The notes under the pieces: model-generated
The model's database searches: none
The model's input: only the letters and a program-made list of their open reading frames with translations
What the model was told of the DNA's origin: nothing
In this document: piece after piece, positions 1 through 8,846 of the stretch
Layout: the number at the start of each line of letters is the position of its first letter
Numbering within the stretch: position 1 is the stretch's first letter
Position numbers and translations under genes: made by a program
DNA from: Clostridia bacterium
GTDB lineage: Bacteria; Bacillota; Clostridia; JBAXOJ01
Direction: 5' to 3'
Length of the DNA stretch: 37,955 bases
Assembly (NCBI GenBank): GCA_037133315.1
Contig: JBAXOJ010000003.1
Span: forward strand, 1 to 37,955

Positions 1-932
1 AAATCCAAGTTGAAATTGTCGCTGTCCAATAAATTTTCGGGAATTTGATAATGGTTTTTGATTGCCGAAAAAATGTCATCTGGCGTCGTGACAAAGATCG
101 CACCATCTTTCAACATTTTATTGGTGCCAAAGAAATTCTGCCTTGTAATCTCGCCCGGTACTGCAAAAATATCTTTACCGTACTCATTGGCGTAATCGAC
201 CGTAATGCGCGTCCCGCTATCTGGACCTGCTTCTGTAACAAAAACACCGGCGGACATGCCAGCGATAATGCGGTTTCTTTGTGGAAACGAAAATTTCGAT
301 GGCCGAGTCCCTGGCGGCAATTCACTGATAACGGCACCATTTGAAACAATCGTCTCCATCAAATTACAATTTTCTCTTGGGTATGGCACATCCACGCCAT
401 TTCCCAGCACTGCAATCGTCCTCCCTTTCCCCTTCAGCGCACCCGCGTGCGCGTAGGTATCCACTCCCCTGGCCAGTCCACTAACAATGGTAACGCCATT
501 TTCTGCAAGCTTTTTCGCAAACGAATATGCAATATCCAAACCGTAACTCGACGCCGTCCTGGAACCGATGATTGCCAATAGTTGATCCGATGCCAATAGT
601 TTCCCGCGCACATAAAGCACCATGGGACAGGCTTCTGTATATTTTAATAACGTTGGAAAATCTTCATGTCCAGGGAAAACAATTTGAATTTTTTTGTCCT
701 CACATGACGCAACAATCCGCTTTGCATTTTCTTTCAAGTCCTTTCTAAGGATACTTTCAATCAATGTCGACCAGTCCTGATTGGCCCGCACTAAATCGGG
801 CAACTGTGTGACATCCATCGCATTCCAAAGGTTCTCATACCCATCGCAAAGGACCAACAACTTTTGTAGCTTTTGCTGGTTAATCCCATTGATCAGTGAA
901 AACCAAATCCAAATCAACTCTTTCTCGATCAT
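1..932 (-). CDS. dprA: DNA-processing protein DprA (3' end runs off the window)
   Basis: Not in the ORF track. Manual minus-strand translation from the ATG at 932 (GGGGAGGG SD upstream) gives MIEKELIWIWFSLINGI...LAIIGSRTASSYG...IVSGLARGVDTYAH...FPQRNRIIAG...FAVPG, the hallmark DprA/Smf motifs. Lies directly downstream of comM/yifB. Confidence 0.93.
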   Translation of the reverse strand, partial: MIEKELIWIWFSLINGINQQKLQKLLVLCDGYENLWNAMDVTQLPDLVRANQDWSTLIESILRKDLKENAKRIVASCEDKKIQIVFPGHEDFPTLLKYTEACPMVLYVRGKLLASDQLLAIIGSRTASSYGLDIAYSFAKKLAENGVTIVSGLARGVDTYAHAGALKGKGRTIAVLGNGVDVPYPRENCNLMETIVSNGAVISELPPGTRPSKFSFPQRNRIIAGMSAGVFVTEAGPDSGTRITVDYANEYGKDIFAVPGEITRQNFFGTNKMLKDGAIFVTTPDDIFSAIKNHYQIPENLLDSDNFNLD

Positions 933-2451
933 AAGTACAACCCTCCCCTAATTTCAAAATTTTAAATTGAGTTGCCTCTGCTATATGACGCACTTCAATA
1001 CATTTTTCTGCATTCATGTCAGCAATCGTCCGCGCAACGCGAACCACTCTCGTGTATTCACGACCGGAAAACCTCTTGTTACTATATACGCTTTCCAGCA
1101 AACGACTTGCCTCAGGCGTCATTTTACAATATTTTTTGAACAACTGAAGTGGGAGCCAACTGTTACAGTTAAATCGCTCATTTTTGTAACGATTTTCTTG
1201 AATCATTCGTGCCGTAGTTACCCGCTTTTTAATCTCTGCTGAAGTTTCCATCTTCTCCGTGCTTTCCAGTTCAGAATAACTCACGGATGCCACCTGAATA
1301 TTCATATCAATCCTATTCAAAAGCGCGCCACTCACTTTGCTGAGATAATCCGTGCGTTGAAACGTTGTACAAGTGCATCGTCCATCCTCAAATAAGTATC
1401 CACATTTGCATGGATTAGCTGCACAAATCAACATTACTTTAGATGGAAATGTTTCGTTAGAAAGAAGTCTTGAAACTGTAATAAAACCGTCTTCTAAAGG
1501 CTGTCGTAATGCTTCTAGCACCTCGCTTCGATACTCCGGTAACTCGTCAAGAAAAAGCACCCCATTATGCGCCAAAGTAATCTCCCCAGGTCTAGGAATC
1601 TGGCCCCCTCCAGTCATGCTCGCCATTGTACAAGAATGATGTGGAGCACGAAAAGGGCGGTGATGCAAGATCCCATTCACCTTTGTCTTCCCAGAAATAC
1701 TATGAATTTGGGTCGTTTCAAGTGCTTCAAGATAATTCATATCAGGCAAAATACCAGGAATCCGCTTCGCCAACATGGTCTTTCCAGAACCTGGGCTTCC
1801 CATCATAAGTACGGAATGCCCCCCGCTAACCGCAATTTCAAGCGCTCTTTTTGCCTCAGAATGTCCTTTCACCTCAGAAAAATCCAATGTCTGAAAATCC
1901 AATTTAGAAGTATCCTTTTCAGCCCTCTGATGATCAAGAGAGATTTCTCCTGAAAGGTATTGTATCGTTTGCAAAAGGGAAGATACTCCTATCACCTTTA
2001 TATCTTCCACAATAGAAGCTTCCTCGAAATTTTCGAGTGCAACAAATACCTGTTTCATTTCTCTACCGCGGGCCGCAAGCATCATCGAAACGACCCCACA
2101 GACGCCCTTAACGGAGCCATCAAGAGAGAGTTCTCCAATAAACAAACTGTGCTGAATGGCAGAGTTCATTTGGCCGCTTGCAGTTAAAATCCCAATCGCG
2201 ATGGCAAGATCAAATCCAGTTCCTTCTTTTCTTAATAATGCGGGCGAAAGATTCACAACAATTTTCCGGTTTGGATATTCAAATCCAGAATTCTTAATTG
2301 CAGCCTTGACCCGCTCTTTCGATTCTTTCACTGCATTGTCTGCCTGTCCAACAATTTCAAACATCGGAATCCCATTGGAAATAAACGTTTCAACTTCGAC
2401 GCAATACCCGGTGATCCCTTTCACTCCACAACATAAAACCTTTGATAACAT
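880..2451 (-). CDS. comM: YifB/ComM family Mg-chelatase-like AAA+ ATPase
   Basis: VKESKERV, NLSPA, GELSLDG, Walker A GSPGSGKT, RPFRAPHH, LAHNGVLFLDE, NPCKCG, ARTIAD. Start moved to the ATG at 2451 (MLSKV). Confidence 0.92.
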   Translation of the reverse strand: MLSKVLCCGVKGITGYCVEVETFISNGIPMFEIVGQADNAVKESKERVKAAIKNSGFEYPNRKIVVNLSPALLRKEGTGFDLAIAIGILTASGQMNSAIQHSLFIGELSLDGSVKGVCGVVSMMLAARGREMKQVFVALENFEEASIVEDIKVIGVSSLLQTIQYLSGEISLDHQRAEKDTSKLDFQTLDFSEVKGHSEAKRALEIAVSGGHSVLMMGSPGSGKTMLAKRIPGILPDMNYLEALETTQIHSISGKTKVNGILHHRPFRAPHHSCTMASMTGGGQIPRPGEITLAHNGVLFLDELPEYRSEVLEALRQPLEDGFITVSRLLSNETFPSKVMLICAANPCKCGYLFEDGRCTCTTFQRTDYLSKVSGALLNRIDMNIQVASVSYSELESTEKMETSAEIKKRVTTARMIQENRYKNERFNCNSWLPLQLFKKYCKMTPEASRLLESVYSNKRFSGREYTRVVRVARTIADMNAEKCIEVRHIAEATQFKILKLGEGCTYDRERVDLDLVFTDQWD

Positions 2452-2518
2452 AAAAAACACCCCTGGAAATATATTACAATAATTCCCAGAAGTTTGCAAG
2501 CCGAATTTCGAATTATTT

Positions 2519-4942
2519 CTATTTTTCTTCTAAAACTACCTCAATCAACATTTGTACGACCTTAGGGTCAAATTGCGTTCCCGCATGCTTTTTGATTTCT
2601 TCGATTGCTTCTTCAACATTGATCATTTTACTATATGCACGCACACTCGTCATCGCGTCAAACGCGTCCGCGACGGCAATGATTCTCGCTTGTACCGAAA
2701 TCTCTTCCCCCTGTAAACCCCTCGGATATCCACTTCCATTCCACTTTTCGTGATGTGAAAGGACATCGTCCGCAATTCTTGAAAATTCAACAACAGAACT
2801 TAAAATCCGATAGCCGATTTCCGGATGGCGATGTATTTCCTTCCATTCTTCCGCATCGAGTGCCCCGTCTTTGTTCAGTATTTTTTCATCAATGCCAATT
2901 TTTCCAATGTCATGCATCAAACCTGCCGTCCGAATTTGATTGATCTCTTCTTGAATAAAGCCCATACGCGTTGCAATGGATTCACAAATCTTGCTTACTC
3001 TTTCTGAGTGAAGCATCTCGCGATGGCTTTTCTCAAATAAAGTATGTAGGATCAATTCCATAATACTACTTCTCATACTCGTGCTTTCGGATAGTTTATT
3101 ACGATACATTTCATCTTCTGCTCTCTTAAAAACTTCTTTCATTTCATCAGACGGCAGTTCTTTGATCGCATATCCAATGGAAACGGACAAAGGAATGTTG
3201 TTGATTTTTTGGCCTGCGCAATACTCATGCACACGCCGAATAATCTTGCTTGCATAGTCATAGGTCGTTTTCGGTAACAAGATGATAAACTCATCGCCAC
3301 CGATACGCGCAACAACATCTTCCGGACGACATTCCTTTTTCAAAACACGCGCTACCATCTCTAACAGCAAATCCCCTGATTTATGCCCAAATGCATCATT
3401 CGTAAGCTTCAACCCATTCACATCAACCATAATTAAAGACAACGGCAAGTACTCTTCTTGGTTAAATTCAATCAATGATTCATCATAAAATTTCCTGTTT
3501 TTCACGCCAGTTAACTGATCATTATTACTGAGTCTCTGAATCTCTTTTTCTGCTCGTTTTCTCGCATCAATATTGCGGCTTACGCCAACCACTTCAATCT
3601 CACCCTCTTGATTCAATCGCAGTTTTGCTGAGACTTCGACCCAGATGATATCGCCGTTTTTATGCGGTTGTTGAATCTCCGAAATGTAAAAATCATTACT
3701 GACTGGATTTTCAATAAAGGCAGGAATATATTTTTTCAAATCTTCATTAATCTTAGCGAGTGAATCGGGCACCAATGCATCTTCAAGACGCTCATCAATG
3801 GCTTCTTCCGATGTATATCCTCGTAAATAAAAAATCGAAGGGCTAATGTAGGTAAATTTGTTTTTTACCGTATTTAAAATCCAAATGACGTCCGAGGCAT
3901 TCTCCGTCAAAAGTCTGTATTTTTCTTCGCTCTTCTTGATTTCTTCGTTTGCTATAACCTTATCGGTAATATCAATCAATAAGTAATTGACAAATCCATT
4001 TTTTATATCGATGACGCTTCGTTTCACATCAAACCATCTTTTATTTCCGACGATTTCAATGGAAACGATTTCCCCATCTTTCAGGTCCCTAGCGATGTTG
4101 GAATGCCCATCCATTTCCATTTTAAAAAGTGCATTTGCCGTTTTATTATAAGAGATTAAATCACCAAATTTATCAAATAAAAAAGCCGGTTCTCCAATCT
4201 CAAAAAAGGTACTCTTCCATCGTTTGATTTGAATCTCAAACATATTGTTTCTTGTTTCGTTCACTAAAAACAGAATACTCATCAGAATAATTGTAAAAGG
4301 TACCGGATCAATATATTTATCAAACCCTAAAATGATAATGAGAATCGTCAACCAAGGAATCTGGAAAGATAACAACATGAAACGAAGACTTTTACGTTTG
4401 TTATTGCTCATCCTTATTGTTTTCCCTTTTTGATATGCGCGGAAAATCATCACAGTCGAAAAAACGACAAAGAACGCATGAAAGAGTAACAAAGAATAAA
4501 AACTCGGCCCTTTCACTGTAGTCACAATCCCAAACCCATAAATCTGAAGTAAGTCAATCTGCTTATAGATAAAATGATGAAATGGATTCGTAATAAATAT
4601 AACCCAAAGAATGAAGGATAGATAAAAAAGTATTATTTTTATCCATAATTTTATTTTCACATTTACGATGTCTGCAACAAAAAGAATCCCAAATGCAGGA
4701 ACAAACGTCGCGCCAAAAAATTCAAAGTTGCGCACTAGAAGCATGGTATCGTAAGAGGTACAATTGAGTTCTAAAAAATAGCCAAAAGAATAGATTGCAG
4801 CAGCAACCATCACAAGAGAAAAATAATTTACTTTACTTTCCTCCCGATGTTTGAAAAGCACGATACCCAAAGCGATATACGCAATAGAGATGAGCGGAAT
4901 GCTATTCACGATTAAGTGTAAAAACACAATTTGTAAGTCCAA
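2519..4942 (-). CDS. Membrane sensor with 7TM, PAS, GGDEF and HD-GYP domains (c-di-GMP cyclase/phosphodiesterase)
   Basis: Hydrophobic N-terminal ~230 aa; PAS (YRLLTENASDVIW...WVEVS...GVSRNI); DQLTG, NDAFGH, RPED I-site and GGDEF; HDIGK, HHEKWNGSGYP and VADAFDAM. Confidence 0.9.
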   Translation of the reverse strand: MDLQIVFLHLIVNSIPLISIAYIALGIVLFKHREESKVNYFSLVMVAAAIYSFGYFLELNCTSYDTMLLVRNFEFFGATFVPAFGILFVADIVNVKIKLWIKIILFYLSFILWVIFITNPFHHFIYKQIDLLQIYGFGIVTTVKGPSFYSLLLFHAFFVVFSTVMIFRAYQKGKTIRMSNNKRKSLRFMLLSFQIPWLTILIIILGFDKYIDPVPFTIILMSILFLVNETRNNMFEIQIKRWKSTFFEIGEPAFLFDKFGDLISYNKTANALFKMEMDGHSNIARDLKDGEIVSIEIVGNKRWFDVKRSVIDIKNGFVNYLLIDITDKVIANEEIKKSEEKYRLLTENASDVIWILNTVKNKFTYISPSIFYLRGYTSEEAIDERLEDALVPDSLAKINEDLKKYIPAFIENPVSNDFYISEIQQPHKNGDIIWVEVSAKLRLNQEGEIEVVGVSRNIDARKRAEKEIQRLSNNDQLTGVKNRKFYDESLIEFNQEEYLPLSLIMVDVNGLKLTNDAFGHKSGDLLLEMVARVLKKECRPEDVVARIGGDEFIILLPKTTYDYASKIIRRVHEYCAGQKINNIPLSVSIGYAIKELPSDEMKEVFKRAEDEMYRNKLSESTSMRSSIMELILHTLFEKSHREMLHSERVSKICESIATRMGFIQEEINQIRTAGLMHDIGKIGIDEKILNKDGALDAEEWKEIHRHPEIGYRILSSVVEFSRIADDVLSHHEKWNGSGYPRGLQGEEISVQARIIAVADAFDAMTSVRAYSKMINVEEAIEEIKKHAGTQFDPKVVQMLIEVVLEEK

Positions 4943-4954
4943 TTAAATAACCTC

Positions 4955-5527
4955 TTATTTTTCTTTTACAAAACTACTCCAAGTATCTGCATATTGTAAC
5001 AATAACGTCAAGGGTGTTTCCTTCGTCGCGACAGACGCGTTGTCATCCACATACTGACCATCATGATACACAATCGCTTGCATCTCCTCTTCCGTCAATT
5101 GAAAGTATTGTAGGATGAGATAAACACTCCGAATTGGCACACTTAAATAAGTGAGTTTTGTATTGAACGCAAACGGAATCGATGCCGGATATCCATATTG
5201 CTTTTGCCGTTCCGTTGGCTCGTTTTTAATATATTGCGGATGTCCAGGCATCCCTGCTTTCCCAAGATCGTGCAACAATCCAACAATCACACAACTTTCA
5301 TCTGTGATATGCGGTGCCAGAGTTGCTTTGATTTGAAGCAAAGTCTCGGCAACATTACAAGAATGCTCCAATAAACCACCCTCCACGCACAAATGAAACT
5401 TTGTGCTCGCTGGCGACGATAGCCAACTCGTCTCTTTCTCGAGAAACTCTATGAATCTTTGAAACGCTTCTTTGCGAACAATCACCTTTTCCTTCAATTG
5501 TTCATATCTTTTCATTACCTCACTCAT
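4955..5527 (-). CDS. HD-domain metal-dependent hydrolase
   Basis: PASTKFH-GGLLEHS, LLHDLGK, AIVYHDG, QYAD motifs. Start moved to the ATG at 5527, which has a GAGGGGTG SD. Confidence 0.85.
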   Translation of the reverse strand: MSEVMKRYEQLKEKVIVRKEAFQRFIEFLEKETSWLSSPASTKFHLCVEGGLLEHSCNVAETLLQIKATLAPHITDESCVIVGLLHDLGKAGMPGHPQYIKNEPTERQKQYGYPASIPFAFNTKLTYLSVPIRSVYLILQYFQLTEEEMQAIVYHDGQYVDDNASVATKETPLTLLLQYADTWSSFVKEK

Positions 5528-5615
5528 GTGAACACCCCTCTTTGTTTCATTTATATTATATACCAACTTTGAAGCGCGTGCCACATCTGCGAAATATGTC
5601 TTGGTTTTTTATTCC

Positions 5616-5654
5616 TTGACAATGCCGACAAATTGTTAGAAAATACTTCTAATA
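5616..5654 (+). promoter_or_regulatory. Putative promoter/operator of the Rh-type channel gene
   Basis: Perfect TTGACA at 5616-5621 but a weak -10. AATTGTTAGAAAATA (5631-5645) is 12/15 to the CodY consensus AATTTTCWGAAAATT. Imperfect inverted repeat TGTTAGAA-N5-TTCTAATA. Confidence 0.35.
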
Positions 5655-5669
5655 TATTAACTGCATTCA

Positions 5670-5705
5670 GCACAATGACGTGTATTGAAAAGCTTAACGA
5701 GGAGC
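5670..5705 (+). promoter_or_regulatory. Dual-hexaloop ANTAR-binding RNA motif overlapping the SD
   Basis: GCAC-AATGAC-GTGT, an 8-nt linker, then GCTT-AACGAG-GAGC. Both loops are 6 nt with A1 and G4. The second hairpin contains GAGGAG. Confidence 0.7.
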
Positions 5706-5712
5706 GATTTAT

Positions 5713-6909
5713 TTGAAGAAGAAAATTGGTTTTATTAGTTTCATTACGGTCTTACTTTCCATCTTTATGTCAGCACAATGCTTTGCCGAGGGAACAGGCG
5801 TTGGGTCTGACCCTGTGACGGTGACCACGCAGTACAATTTTTCAATTGGAATTCTTGCCATGCTTTTGGTCGGATTCGGATTTTTAATGGTATTTGTTAA
5901 AAATGGTGGTTTTAATGCCACAACTGGGACATTTCTAGTGGTTGCAACGGCGTTGCCACTCTATTTGTTTTTGCGTTCGACTGGCATTCTTTCGAGCGAA
6001 CCCTTTCCCATTGAAAGCGTAAAATCGTTTCTATTTGCTGAGTTTGCTGCTGCAGCTGCATTAATTGCGATGGGCGCCGTTTTAGGGCGACTCAAAGCAT
6101 ATCAATACGCACTTGTGGCCCTATTGATTGTGCCAGTCTATCTGTTCAACGAGTGGATGGTCTTGGATGGCGGCCTCAGTTTCCTCTTCAGCAGTTTCAA
6201 AGATGCGGCTGGCGTAGGCGTATTCAAAGACACCGCGGGTTCCATCATCATCCACGCATTTGGTGCATACTTTGGATTAGGTCTTGCCATTGCGTTGACA
6301 CGCAAACAACACCGCGACATCGCGGTTACCTCCGATAAAACTTCGGATCGATTTTCAATTCTGGGTTCGATGGTCCTCTGGATTTTCTGGCCAAGTTTTT
6401 GTAGCGCAATCGTTGCACCAGCGCAATTTCAACTCACTGTAGTTAATACCGTGCTCGCACTGTGCGGCGCTACCCTCGCTACCTATATTGTGAGCACCCT
6501 ACTACGCAAAGGCAAACCTGCCATCGCAGACATAGCGAATGCGTCCCTCGCTGGTGGTGTTGCCATCGGCGCAACGTGTAATATTGTCAATCCATATCAA
6601 GCCTTCGGCATTGGTATCATCGCTGGTGTTCTTTGTGTGGTCGGCTATGTGCTCATCCAGCCGATTGTAGAAAAGAAACTGAGAATCGTAGATACCTGTG
6701 GTGTACACAATTTGCATGGCATGCCTGGCCTTTTAGGCGGACTAGCTGCCATTCTATTTGTTCCGAGTGTCGTTCCTTCGGTCCAGTTAATCGGTATCGT
6801 ATTTACTGTCGTTTTAGCCTTTGTTGTAGGAACGGGTAGTGGATATATCATTCGCCTTACTGGTTTAAAACAACAACCTTACGAAGATGCAGACGAATTT
6901 GCAGAATAA
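5713..6909 (+). CDS. Rh-type (Rh50-like) ammonia transporter, Amt/Rh superfamily
   Basis: Multi-TM protein with Rh signatures MLLVGFGFLM, DTAGSIIIHAFGAYFGL, LWIFWPSF, ASLAGGVAIG and DTCGVHNLHGMPGLLGG. TTG start with a GAGGAG SD. Confidence 0.88.
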   Translation: MKKKIGFISFITVLLSIFMSAQCFAEGTGVGSDPVTVTTQYNFSIGILAMLLVGFGFLMVFVKNGGFNATTGTFLVVATALPLYLFLRSTGILSSEPFPIESVKSFLFAEFAAAAALIAMGAVLGRLKAYQYALVALLIVPVYLFNEWMVLDGGLSFLFSSFKDAAGVGVFKDTAGSIIIHAFGAYFGLGLAIALTRKQHRDIAVTSDKTSDRFSILGSMVLWIFWPSFCSAIVAPAQFQLTVVNTVLALCGATLATYIVSTLLRKGKPAIADIANASLAGGVAIGATCNIVNPYQAFGIGIIAGVLCVVGYVLIQPIVEKKLRIVDTCGVHNLHGMPGLLGGLAAILFVPSVVPSVQLIGIVFTVVLAFVVGTGSGYIIRLTGLKQQPYEDADEFAE

Positions 6910-8085
6910 TTAAAATAAAGAAATGCCAAAAATTTTCAATCCATAATAAAATCCTATGGACGAAATTGCGCCAATGATCATCGTCGCAGGAATGGTAAAC
7001 ACCCATGTCCAGACGATGTTTTTGGCAATGCCCCATTTTACAGCCTTGGTTCTTTTCGCGGTCCCAACACCCAATACAGCAGATGTGATGACATGGGTGG
7101 TACTGATTGGTGCGTTCAAACTTGAAGCAATCGTAATGACGGTTGCTGCAGTCGCTTCAGCAGCAAAGCCTTGAATTGGTCTAAGCTTGATAATGCTGAC
7201 CCCCATTGTTTTAATGATTTTCCAGCCACCCGTGGCAGTCCCCAACGCCATTGCTAAGGCACAAGCAATCATGACCCACAAAGGAATCCCTGTAACCCCA
7301 TTTTCTATTGGTGTTAATGCAACCTTCAAACCCGGCGAACTAGACGCTGCAACCAATGCAAGAGTGATGATACCCATCGATTTTTGCGCGTCATTTCTAC
7401 CGTGTTCAAATGCCATAAATGCCGCTGAAAAAATCTGGAGTTTTGAAAACCATCGATTCACGGTGTTTTGCGTCAGTTTTTGCAGAGCAAAATAAATGAA
7501 CTTCATCAGTGCGAATGCAATCAAAAACCCAATCACTGGCGAAGCAAATAATGGTATCACTACTTTATTAATGACGCCGTCCCATTTTATATTGGAGAAC
7601 ACAGCAACTTCATTAATAATGTAATAAGTCACCGTCGCGCCTAAAAGACCGCCAATTAAAGCGTGAGAGGAACTGCTCGGGATGCCGAAATACCACGTGA
7701 TTAAATTCCAGACAATCGCACCCACAAGTGCTGCCAAAATGACATATTGTGGCAAACTACCAATACTGGTACCTTGCACATTGGAGATTTTTTCAGAAGT
7801 CACAAGCCCCGAAGCAATGGTTTTTGCTACGCCGTGGCTGACCAGGGCACCAATAAAATTTAAAACAGCTGCCATCATAATCGCCTGGGTTGGTGATAAA
7901 ACTCGTGTGGAGACCGTCGTTGCAATCGAATTTGCCGTGTCATGGAATCCATTGATGAAGTCAAATCCAATCGCAAAAACCACTACAAGTATAAGCATGA
8001 GCGCGGTAGAAAAAGAAAACTGCGAGATTCCACCTAATAAATCAAGATTGGTAAATTGAAGAAAGTCATGAAGTAGTTTATCCAT
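6910..8085 (-). CDS. pit: Inorganic phosphate transporter, PiT family
   Basis: INGFHDTANSIAT, PSSSSHALIG, HGRNDAQKSMG, PISTTH. Start moved to 8085, coupled to the DUF47 stop. Confidence 0.92.
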   Translation of the reverse strand: MDKLLHDFLQFTNLDLLGGISQFSFSTALMLILVVVFAIGFDFINGFHDTANSIATTVSTRVLSPTQAIMMAAVLNFIGALVSHGVAKTIASGLVTSEKISNVQGTSIGSLPQYVILAALVGAIVWNLITWYFGIPSSSSHALIGGLLGATVTYYIINEVAVFSNIKWDGVINKVVIPLFASPVIGFLIAFALMKFIYFALQKLTQNTVNRWFSKLQIFSAAFMAFEHGRNDAQKSMGIITLALVAASSSPGLKVALTPIENGVTGIPLWVMIACALAMALGTATGGWKIIKTMGVSIIKLRPIQGFAAEATAATVITIASSLNAPISTTHVITSAVLGVGTAKRTKAVKWGIAKNIVWTWVFTIPATMIIGAISSIGFYYGLKIFGISLF

Positions 8086-8701
8086 GCTTAATGACAACCC
8101 CCTCAACTAGGTTTGCAACATCTTCAATCTTATCCATGGTCTTTTCGAGATAATCGAAAATATACTTCCACTTCATCGCCTCAAGCATGTCCATTTTGCC
8201 GCCAAAAACAATTTTCAAGCCATTCATAAAGAATTCATCACAATCATTCTCAAGTTTATTAATGTTCACGATGTTGATTTGAATCGCATCTGGCTTTTTA
8301 TAGTTGTGAAGTCCGGCCATCAATGCAACCAATTCTTGAGCTGCTTCATGAATCGTTCCAATCATCTTTTTCGCTTCTTCTTTCATCTCACTTAATCCAA
8401 ATACCACCATTCTTGTCGATGCATCTTCTATTGCATCTAAAATGTCATCAAGATGCTTCGCTATCATGTGAATATCTTCTCGATCGATTGGTGTAATAAA
8501 GGATTTGTGTACCAACTGATAAATCTCGTGCACCATACAATCGCATTTGGACTCCATTTCGTCAATCGCTTTGACATTCTTTTCTAGCGTACTAAAATCC
8601 ATAGATATTTCCACTAACTTTTCACTGGCTTCTGCAATACAAACTGCAACCTCACTAAACTTGTCAAAAAACATGTTTTCCTTTTTTGTATTTCTAAACA
8701 T
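8078..8701 (-). CDS. DUF47 PhoU-like phosphate transport regulator
   Basis: E..CD...FITPIDREDI...LDDILD...LENDCD...D.IEDVAN pattern; immediately upstream of pit. Confidence 0.9.
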   Translation of the reverse strand: MFRNTKKENMFFDKFSEVAVCIAEASEKLVEISMDFSTLEKNVKAIDEMESKCDCMVHEIYQLVHKSFITPIDREDIHMIAKHLDDILDAIEDASTRMVVFGLSEMKEEAKKMIGTIHEAAQELVALMAGLHNYKKPDAIQINIVNINKLENDCDEFFMNGLKIVFGGKMDMLEAMKWKYIFDYLEKTMDKIEDVANLVEGVVIKHG

Positions 8702-8737
8702 TAAGAATTCTCCTCATATATTTTTTTGTTTATCTTT

Positions 8738-8787
8738 TGTAAAGTCATTGTAATATTCACGTAAAGTTTATCCTCATACATTGTAAA
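8738..8787 (-). promoter_or_regulatory. PhoP-like direct repeats (Pho boxes)
   Basis: Minus-strand TTTACA/ATTACA/TTTACG/TTTACA at 8738, 8749, 8760 and 8782, all in 11-bp phase, upstream of the DUF47-pit operon. Confidence 0.55.
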
Positions 8788-8846
8788 AAATCGAAAGCAA
8801 AAAAGCAATCGATTTTCTACATTTCTTAAATTTAATTAAAAGAATT

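Noticed and set aside
45-456. Short ORFs listed at the window start
   Set aside because: They lie within the dprA frame, which the track missed because it runs off the edge.
5634-5654. GlnR/TnrA box upstream of the Rh gene
   Set aside because: Only the left half TGTTA matches; there is no TNACA at the required 7-bp spacing.
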